Positions 9,436-16,168 of a stretch of DNA of 58,294 nucleotides are shown here, in pieces. Both the position numbers and the translations under genes were made by a program. The notes under the pieces are model-generated. The model was not told the origin of the DNA and ran no database searches. It saw only the letters and a list, made by a program, of their open reading frames with translations. This DNA comes from Acidimicrobiia bacterium (lineage in GTDB: Bacteria > Actinomycetota > Acidimicrobiia > IMCC26256 > JACDBD01), in assembly GCA_036498645.1 (NCBI GenBank), contig DASYFC010000201.1:1-58294 (forward strand). Direction: 5' to 3'. How positions within the stretch are numbered: the stretch's first letter is position 1; every line of letters starts with the position of its first letter.

Positions 9436-10566
9436 ATGGACTACGAATCTGCGCTCGCGCGCGTCATCGATGACGTCGTCGAGCCCGGCGCCGTCGCCGT
9501 CGACCGCGACGGGACCTACCCCCGAGCTCAGCTCGAGGCGCTCGGCGAGGCCGGCATCCTCGGGCTCGCCAGCTCGCCGGACGTCGGGGGCGGCGGTGCG
9601 GACCTCGGCGCGGCGGCCTCCGTCGTGGAGCAGCTCGCCCGCCACTGCGGGTCGACGGCGATGGTCGTGATGATGCATTACTCGGCGACGGCCGTCATCG
9701 AGGCGCACGGCCCGCAGGAGATCCGCGAGGCGATCGCCGCCGGTCGCCACGTGACGACGCTCGCGTTTTCGGAGACCGGGAGCCGGAGCCACTTCTGGGC
9801 CCCGGTCGGCACCGCGACCCGGCAGAACGGCGCCGTCCGCCTCGACGCCCAGAAGAGCTGGGTCACGGCCGCGGGTGAGGCCGACAGCTATGTCTGGTCG
9901 AGCCGACCCATGGCGGCGGCGGGCCCGATGACGCTGTGGATCGTCCCGTCGGACGCCCCCGGCCTCAACGTGCCGGCGCCGTTCGACGGTCTCGGGCTGC
10001 GCGGGAACGCTTCGAGCCCGGTGACGGCGGACGCCGTCGAGGTGCCGGCGGCGGCGATGCTCGGCGGTGACGGTGCGGGGCTCGACATCGCGTTGACGGT
10101 CGTTCTCCCGTGGTTCCTCGTGCTGAACGCGGCTGCGAGCATCGGCTTGATGCAGGCGGTGACGGACGAGGCGACGGCACACCTCACGCGCACCCAGCTC
10201 GTTCACCTCGGCCAGACACTCGCGCAGCAACCAGTCGGCCGGGCCCGCCTCGCTCAGATGCGCGTCGAGACCGATCAAGCCGCGGCGTTGCTGTCGCACG
10301 CGCTCGCAGCGATCGGGGCGGGCCGCGAGGACGCGCAGCTGCGCGTGCTCGAGGTCAAGGCGGCCGCCGGCGAAGCCGCGATCGACGTGACCGATCTCGC
10401 GATGCAGGTGTGCGGGGGCGCCGCGTTCCGCAAAGAGCTCGGCGTCGAGCGGCGGTTCCGCGACGCACGCGCCGCCCGGGTCATGGCACCTACGACCGAC
10501 GCCCTGAACGACTTCATCGGCCGCGCGCTGTGCGGCCTGCCGTTGCTCGACGAGGCCCCGGCATGA
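9436..10566 (+). CDS. Acyl-CoA dehydrogenase-fold flavoprotein (type-2 / DszC-, SfnB- or nitrososynthase-like)
   Basis: 376 aa. ACAD-like blocks AFSETGSRSHFWAP, LGLRGNASSPV and C-terminal RRFRDARAARVMAPT. Strong SD (GCAGGAGGA) before the ATG. Confidence 0.8.
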   Translation: MDYESALARVIDDVVEPGAVAVDRDGTYPRAQLEALGEAGILGLASSPDVGGGGADLGAAASVVEQLARHCGSTAMVVMMHYSATAVIEAHGPQEIREAIAAGRHVTTLAFSETGSRSHFWAPVGTATRQNGAVRLDAQKSWVTAAGEADSYVWSSRPMAAAGPMTLWIVPSDAPGLNVPAPFDGLGLRGNASSPVTADAVEVPAAAMLGGDGAGLDIALTVVLPWFLVLNAAASIGLMQAVTDEATAHLTRTQLVHLGQTLAQQPVGRARLAQMRVETDQAAALLSHALAAIGAGREDAQLRVLEVKAAAGEAAIDVTDLAMQVCGGAAFRKELGVERRFRDARAARVMAPTTDALNDFIGRALCGLPLLDEAPA

Positions 10567-11423
10567 GCGGCGACGCGCTCGTCATGGGCGCGGTCGCGTA
10601 CGACCCCAAGGTGGTGACGATCTGGGATGGGTTCCGGTCCTGGCTCCGCGGCCGCGGGCTCGAATTCGACTACATCCTGTACTCGAACTACGAGCGCCAG
10701 GTCGAGGAGCTGCTCACCGGCCGCATCGTCGCGGCATGGAACTCGCCGCTGGCGTGGATCCGTGCTCAGCGCCTCGGCGCCGCTGCGGGGGTCCCGGTGC
10801 AGGCGTTGACGATGCGTGACAGCGACCGCGATCTCACGTCGGTCGTCGTCGTCCGAGCCGACTCGGGGATCGCCGGCGTCGCCGATCTCGCGGGCAAGGT
10901 TGTCGCGACCGGCGCGATCGACTCGCCGCAGTCGACGCTGATCCCGCTCTCGTACCTGAGAGCGGCGGGGCTCGAACCCGGCCGTGATGTCGACGTGCGG
11001 CGGTTCGACGTGGGCGTCGGGCTCCACGGTGATCACATCGGCGGCGAACGCGAGGCCGCCCGAGCCCTCGTCGCCGGCGAGGTCGACGCCGCGTGCATGA
11101 TCGACGGCAACCACCTCGCGTTCGGCGCGGAAGGAACGCTGCCGGCCGGCACCACCGCCGTCATCGGGCAGACGGATCGGTTCGACCACTGCAACATGAC
11201 CGTGCGCTCCGACAGCCCCCGAAACCCGATCGCCCGGTTCAACGAGTTGCTGCTCGGAATGTCGTACGGCGACGCCGAGGTCCGGCCGCTGCTCGACCTG
11301 GAAGGGTTGAAGGCGTGGGAAGAGGGACGAACGTCCGGCTACGCGCTACTCGACGCGGCGGTGTCGGAGACAGGCTTCTACGACCATGAAGGACACATTG
11401 GCGACGCCGACTATCGACCTTGA
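10563..11423 (+). CDS. PhnD/SsuA-like periplasmic-binding-protein-fold protein without a signal peptide
   Basis: The internal ATG at 10563 overlaps the upstream stop (ATGA). MSGDALVMGAVAYDPKVVTIWDGF... shows an alternating beta-alpha pattern typical of type-2 binding proteins. No hydrophobic leader or lipobox. Confidence 0.6.
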   Translation: MSGDALVMGAVAYDPKVVTIWDGFRSWLRGRGLEFDYILYSNYERQVEELLTGRIVAAWNSPLAWIRAQRLGAAAGVPVQALTMRDSDRDLTSVVVVRADSGIAGVADLAGKVVATGAIDSPQSTLIPLSYLRAAGLEPGRDVDVRRFDVGVGLHGDHIGGEREAARALVAGEVDAACMIDGNHLAFGAEGTLPAGTTAVIGQTDRFDHCNMTVRSDSPRNPIARFNELLLGMSYGDAEVRPLLDLEGLKAWEEGRTSGYALLDAAVSETGFYDHEGHIGDADYRP

Positions 11424-12573
11424 GGGGCTCGGATTCGATCGCGGCGCCGGTCTCCTGCTCGAGCGAGCCCTCGCGGGGCTCTCACCCGGGAACCGCCTCG
11501 AGGTCGTGGGTCGCGATCCGGCCCTGACCGTCGACCTCGCACCCTGGTGCCGGAGACGCGGCCACCGCCTCGAAGCCGGAAACGTCGTGGTGAAGGGCTC
11601 CGCCGCCGCCGACCGGTGGCTCGGTGCCACGCGAGCGGGCGCGCCCGGGCCCGGTGGCGTCGTCGAACGACCCGACCCCGCCTGGGGGCTGGCGGCCCGC
11701 GGCGCGCTCGTCGAGGCCGGAGCGAAGCCGTCCGGCTTCGACCTGGACGAGCGCGCCGTCGTGTGGGCCGACATCGCGCCGCGTCTCTACGCGCAAGCGG
11801 TGGCGAGCCAGTGGGATCCCGCGACCGAGATCGCCTGGGACGCCGCCGAGGAGCTGCCGCCCGAGATCGAGGCGGCGGTGGTCCAGGTCATGACCTATCT
11901 CGTCGAGAACGAGCAGGCGGCGCTGGTCGTGCCTGCTCGCTTCGTCGGCCGGGTTCACCCACATTTCCGTGAGGTCATGCAGCTCCTCGCCGTTCAGGTC
12001 GCCGACGAAGCGCGCCACGTCGAGGTCTTCGCACGGCGCGCCGCGCTCCGCGGCGGTCCGCTCGGCGTGTCGACGACGGGAGGTCGAGCGTCGCTGCAGA
12101 CGCTCCTCGACGAGCCCGACTTCTCGCTGGCGTCGTTCCTGCTCTCCGTGCTCGGTGAGGGCACGTTCCTCAACCTCTTGTCGTTCATCGAGACCTATGC
12201 CCCCGACACGGTGACCCGCCAGGTCGCGCATCTCGCGCTCCAGGACGAAGCCCGCCACGTCGCGTTCGGCCTCGCGCACCTCGAGCACCGCGTCGAGATC
12301 GACCCCGGTCTGCTCGGACGGCTGCGCCTCGCGATCGAGCGTCGCCACGACGCGCTGGCGTCGACGGCAGGATTGAACCAGGACGTGTTCGACGCGCTCG
12401 TCGTGCTCGCTGCGGGCTCGTGGACGCCCGACGCGATCGCGACCGGTTATGAGCGGGTGCAGGCACTCACGGTCGACATGGACGACGGCCGCCGGCGCCG
12501 GCTCGCACGCCTCGGCTTCCCCGCCGACGAGTCGGCCGAGTTGTCCGCGCTACATACGCGCAACTTCATGTAG
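11386..12573 (+). CDS. Fusion of a TusA/SirA-like domain (no Cys) with a ferritin-like di-iron carboxylate domain
   Basis: The N-terminus IDLEGLGFDRGAGLLLERALAGLSPGNRLEVVGRDPALTVDLAPWCRRRGHRL aligns with TusA, but the CP motif is replaced by FD. The C-terminal half carries two E-x30-32-DEARH motifs (E176...DEARH207-211 and E258...DEARH287-291). Confidence 0.65.
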   Translation: MKDTLATPTIDLEGLGFDRGAGLLLERALAGLSPGNRLEVVGRDPALTVDLAPWCRRRGHRLEAGNVVVKGSAAADRWLGATRAGAPGPGGVVERPDPAWGLAARGALVEAGAKPSGFDLDERAVVWADIAPRLYAQAVASQWDPATEIAWDAAEELPPEIEAAVVQVMTYLVENEQAALVVPARFVGRVHPHFREVMQLLAVQVADEARHVEVFARRAALRGGPLGVSTTGGRASLQTLLDEPDFSLASFLLSVLGEGTFLNLLSFIETYAPDTVTRQVAHLALQDEARHVAFGLAHLEHRVEIDPGLLGRLRLAIERRHDALASTAGLNQDVFDALVVLAAGSWTPDAIATGYERVQALTVDMDDGRRRRLARLGFPADESAELSALHTRNFM

Positions 12574-13192
12574 CGCCCGCCCGGTCCTGCTCCTCGCGGT
12601 GCCGGCGCTGGAGGTCGGCCCAGACCTCGTCGATCTGGCGCTCGAGGTCGGCGCGGTCTCGGGCGTTGTCGACGACGTGCGTGGCGATCTTGCGCCGCTC
12701 CTCGTCGCCGGCCTGCGCGGCCATGCGCGCTTCGGCGTCGGCGCGATCGACGCCCCGGGCCTCGAGCCGCTCCAGGCGGACGTCGCGAGGCGCCTCCACG
12801 ACGATCACGGTCTGATAGGGGCGCTTACGAGCTTGCTCCGACTCGGCGAGGAGAGGGACGTCGAGCACGACGATGGCGTCGGTCGGCGCTTCGACCACGC
12901 GGCGCGAGAACTCGTCGTTGATGGCGGGATGCGTGATCGCCTCGAGGTCACGGCGCGCCTCGTCGTCACCGAATACGAGCTTCGCCAAGGCGCCGCGGTC
13001 GAGTCGCCCGTCGGCATCGAGGATGCCCTCTCCGAACCGCTCGACGAGCTTGTCCAGCGCGGGTTGCCCGGGGTCGACGACGGCTCGCGCCACCTGGTCG
13101 GCGTCGATGATGACCGCGCCCCGAGCGGCAAGCAGTTCGGCAACGGTGGACTTGCCGGCTCCGATCCCGCCGGTGAGCCCGACGAGGAGCAA
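12566..13192 (-). CDS. coaE: Dephospho-CoA kinase
   Basis: A TTG start at 13192 follows the rpsA stop by 1 nt. Walker A VGLTGGIGAGKSTVA. The longer ORF-track form overlaps rpsA and is Arg/Pro noise. Confidence 0.85.
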   Translation of the reverse strand: MLLVGLTGGIGAGKSTVAELLAARGAVIIDADQVARAVVDPGQPALDKLVERFGEGILDADGRLDRGALAKLVFGDDEARRDLEAITHPAINDEFSRRVVEAPTDAIVVLDVPLLAESEQARKRPYQTVIVVEAPRDVRLERLEARGVDRADAEARMAAQAGDEERRKIATHVVDNARDRADLERQIDEVWADLQRRHREEQDRAGAT

Positions 13193-13193
13193 T

Positions 13194-14639
13194 TCAGCCG
13201 GTCTCGGCCGGCGGCACGTCGTCGCCGGTTGCCGTCGCCTCCGCCGGCGTCTCGGTCGAGGGCTCGCCTGCAGCCGGTGCGTCCGGTGAGGCCGCGGCTT
13301 CGCCTGCCGCGGCTTCGGCGCTCGCGGCCGCCTCGGTCTCCTCGGCCGTGGGACCGATGTACTGGCCCTGCTCGTCGAAGGCGTCTTCGCCGAAGTGCTC
13401 GCGGTACTCGGCCGCGACCTCGCCACCCTCGGCCGCTTGCTTGATCGACAGCGAGATGCGCCGCCGGTCGAGATCGATGTCGATGATCTTCACCCACAGC
13501 TCTTCGCCTGGGGTGACGACCTGCTCGGGCGCTTCGACGTGGTGCGCCGCCATCTCCGAGATGTGCACCAGTCCCTCGATGCCCTCGCCGACCTGCACGA
13601 ACGCACCGAACGGCACGAGCTTGGTGACCTTCCCGTACACGAGCTCGCCGACCTGGTGGCCGTTCGCGAACTCCTGCCACGGATCCTGCTGCGTGGCTTT
13701 CAGTGACAGCGAGATGCGTTCGCGGTCGAGATCGACGTCGAGCACCTGCACCTCGACCTCGTCGCCGACCTGCACCACCGAGCTCGGGTGGTCGACGTGC
13801 TTCCAGCTCAGCTCGGAGACGTGCACCAGGCCGTCCATGCCGCCGAGGTCGACGAAAGCGCCGAAGTTCACGACGGACGAGACCACGCCCTTCCGGATCT
13901 CACCTGGCTTCAGGTTGGCGAGGAACTCGTCGCGCTGCTCGCGCTGCGTCTCCTCGAGGTACGCGCGCCGTGAGAGCACGACGTTGTTGCGGTTCTTGTC
14001 GAGCTCGATGATCTTGGCGTCGAGGTTCCGGCCGACGAACGGATGCAGGTCGCGCACCCGGCGCAGGTCGACAAGTGACGCGGGCAGGAAACCGCGGAGC
14101 CCGATGTCGAGGATCAGACCACCCTTGACCACCTCGATGACCGGCCCGGAGACGATGCCGTCCTTCTCCTTGACCGCCTCGATCGTCCCCCACGCGCGCT
14201 CGTACTGCGCGCGCTTCTTCGACAGGATCAGCCGGCCGTCCTTGTCCTCCTTCTGGAGGACGAGCGCCTCGAGCTCCTCGCCCAGATCGACGACCTCGTG
14301 GGGGTCGATGTCGTTGCGGATCGAGAGCTCGCGGGACGGGATGACACCCTCGGACTTGTAGCCGATGTCGAGCAGGACCTCGTCGCTGTCGATCTTGACG
14401 ACCTTGCCGGACACGATGTCGCCGTCGTCGAACTCGACGATCGTGGCATCCACCGCATCCGAGAAGGATTGCGTCCCGAGGTCGTCGAGGACGACCGGAC
14501 CGCCGTCGGGCGGGGACTCGGCGGTTGCTACGGCGCCCGCAGCGCCGGATGGCTGCGAGGCCGCAGCCGACTCACTCTGACTCGTCTCGGGCACGGGAGC
14601 GTTGTCGGTCGCTCCTGTGGCCTCCTGCTCGGACAACAT
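13194..14639 (-). CDS. rpsA: 30S ribosomal protein S1
   Basis: ATG at 14639 is preceded by AAGGAG. Repeated S1 domains (GEIRKGVVSSVVNFGAFVDLGGMDGLVHVSELS and others). Acidic Ala/Glu-rich C-terminal tail. Confidence 0.95.
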   Translation of the reverse strand: MLSEQEATGATDNAPVPETSQSESAAASQPSGAAGAVATAESPPDGGPVVLDDLGTQSFSDAVDATIVEFDDGDIVSGKVVKIDSDEVLLDIGYKSEGVIPSRELSIRNDIDPHEVVDLGEELEALVLQKEDKDGRLILSKKRAQYERAWGTIEAVKEKDGIVSGPVIEVVKGGLILDIGLRGFLPASLVDLRRVRDLHPFVGRNLDAKIIELDKNRNNVVLSRRAYLEETQREQRDEFLANLKPGEIRKGVVSSVVNFGAFVDLGGMDGLVHVSELSWKHVDHPSSVVQVGDEVEVQVLDVDLDRERISLSLKATQQDPWQEFANGHQVGELVYGKVTKLVPFGAFVQVGEGIEGLVHISEMAAHHVEAPEQVVTPGEELWVKIIDIDLDRRRISLSIKQAAEGGEVAAEYREHFGEDAFDEQGQYIGPTAEETEAAASAEAAAGEAAASPDAPAAGEPSTETPAEATATGDDVPPAETG

Positions 14640-14747
14640 TGCTCCTTGGAAACAGTGATCGCTCCCCCTGCCTGCCGGCGCACCTCGGGTGACGACGCGA
14701 GCGCGGGAAACCGGCCCCGGAGGACCGTTCACCAGGCTAACCCACGG

Positions 14748-15536
14748 TCAGGTGTGCCGCCGAGCCAGGAGCAGCAATTCGGGGTCGTCGAGCGTCGGCG
14801 ACGCGGTTCCGTAGCGTCCCGGTGCGACGCCGTGCACGCCGACCGCATCGAGCCCGGCGCGCCCGGCAAGCAGCTGGAGCTCGCGCGCCGTGAAGCACGT
14901 CGTCCAGAGGTCGAACACCTCCTCCGCGCCGTCCTCGTTGCGGACGGTGGACCGCTCGTGGAGCACACCGGTGGCGGGGTCGAAGCTCTCCCCCTCCTCG
15001 AGGAAGCGGACGGCGAAGGCGGCGGAAAAAGCGGTGAGGGCGAGCCGGCCACCGGGACGGAGCGCGGCGGCGATGCGCTCGAAGGCCCGGGGCTCGTCGC
15101 GGCCACCGAGGAGCCCGAACCCTCCCTGGCAGAGGCAGACGACGGCGTCGAACTCGCCGTCGTACGCAAGGTCGCGGACGTCGCCGACCTCGAAGCGCGC
15201 CGGCAGCCCGTCCGCCTCGGCCGCGTCTCGGGCCAAGGTGATGAAGTCCTCCGACAGGTCGACGCCCACCACGTCGATCCCGCCTCGGGCGAGCGCGAGC
15301 GCATGGCGCCCCGGGCCGCACCCGACGTCGAGCACCCGTGCACCGCGCTCGAGCCCGAGCGCGTCGACGAGGAACGCGACGTCTTGCTCCGTTCCCTTCG
15401 TGAACGCGTTCCGCAGGTACGCCGGGCCCAGAAACCGAGCGATCCGGTTGAACCATGGACCCGTTGGCGTCAGGGGCGTCTCAGTCACGCAGCGAGGGTC
15501 CTTCCTCTCGCCTGTGCATGGACGAGTTGTCCGCAC
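14748..15536 (-). CDS. Class I SAM-dependent methyltransferase
   Basis: 262 aa. Motif VLDVGCGPGRHALALA. A GTG at 15488 is an alternative start. Confidence 0.8.
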   Translation of the reverse strand: MRTTRPCTGERKDPRCVTETPLTPTGPWFNRIARFLGPAYLRNAFTKGTEQDVAFLVDALGLERGARVLDVGCGPGRHALALARGGIDVVGVDLSEDFITLARDAAEADGLPARFEVGDVRDLAYDGEFDAVVCLCQGGFGLLGGRDEPRAFERIAAALRPGGRLALTAFSAAFAVRFLEEGESFDPATGVLHERSTVRNEDGAEEVFDLWTTCFTARELQLLAGRAGLDAVGVHGVAPGRYGTASPTLDDPELLLLARRHT

Positions 15537-15641
15537 TCGGGCGCGTTGGTCGATTTGTTCGATCGGTGTGCGCGTCGCGAGTACGTCGGTACGGAAGGTT
15601 CACCGTGGTCTGGTCGTCCGGCCGCGCATAGCGTCCCGCCG

Positions 15642-15932
15642 GTGGGTATCCGCTGGTCGCCGGAGACCCAACCACCGAAGCTCACGTTGGGCGAATGGCT
15701 CTGCATCGTCCGCGCCCGGGCCGGCATCAGCCGCAAAGAGCTTGGCGCCGACCTTGGCGTTTCCGGTGCGCTCGTGTCCCAATGGGAAGCCGACGACAGC
15801 CTGCCGAACGTCGAGCAGTTCCGTGACATCACAGAGCTCTGCGCGGCTCACTGGCTTTGGGAAGCGGTCAAAGACGGGGACGTATGCATGGGACCGGAGG
15901 CGAAGGAGGTACGGGCCCGGCAACACACCTGA
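15642..15932 (+). CDS. Small XRE-family HTH protein
   Basis: This is the tail of ORF 14298..15932: LGEWLCIVRARAGISRKELGADLGVSGALVSQWEADDSLPNVEQF. The GTG start at 15642 is a guess. GC3 is visibly lower than in neighbouring genes. Confidence 0.5.
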   Translation: MGIRWSPETQPPKLTLGEWLCIVRARAGISRKELGADLGVSGALVSQWEADDSLPNVEQFRDITELCAAHWLWEAVKDGDVCMGPEAKEVRARQHT

Positions 15933-16021
15933 AGAGCAACCCTCATGGCGCGGCGTCGCATTGCGGTGAACACGCAGCCGCGATTCCATTGTCGCGAAGC
16001 GGAAGAGCAAAGCAGGCCGAC

Positions 16022-16150
16022 ATGGACAAGCTCGTGAGGCTATTTCACCATCCGCTGCCCAGGGTGCTGTTCTGGTTGACGATCATCTTGATCTTCGAAG
16101 CCCTGGACATCCCGTGGCGTTTACGGAAGCTGCGCGCCCGGCTCTCCTGA
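16022..16150 (+). CDS. Possible 42-aa single-pass membrane peptide
   Basis: MDKLVRLFHHPLPRVLFWLTIILIFEALDIPWRLRKLRARLS. Hydrophobic core with a basic tail, rare codons (cta, ttt, tta, ttg) and a weak RBS. Confidence 0.2.
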   Translation: MDKLVRLFHHPLPRVLFWLTIILIFEALDIPWRLRKLRARLS

Positions 16151-16168
16151 CGCCGAACGCCGAGCGCG

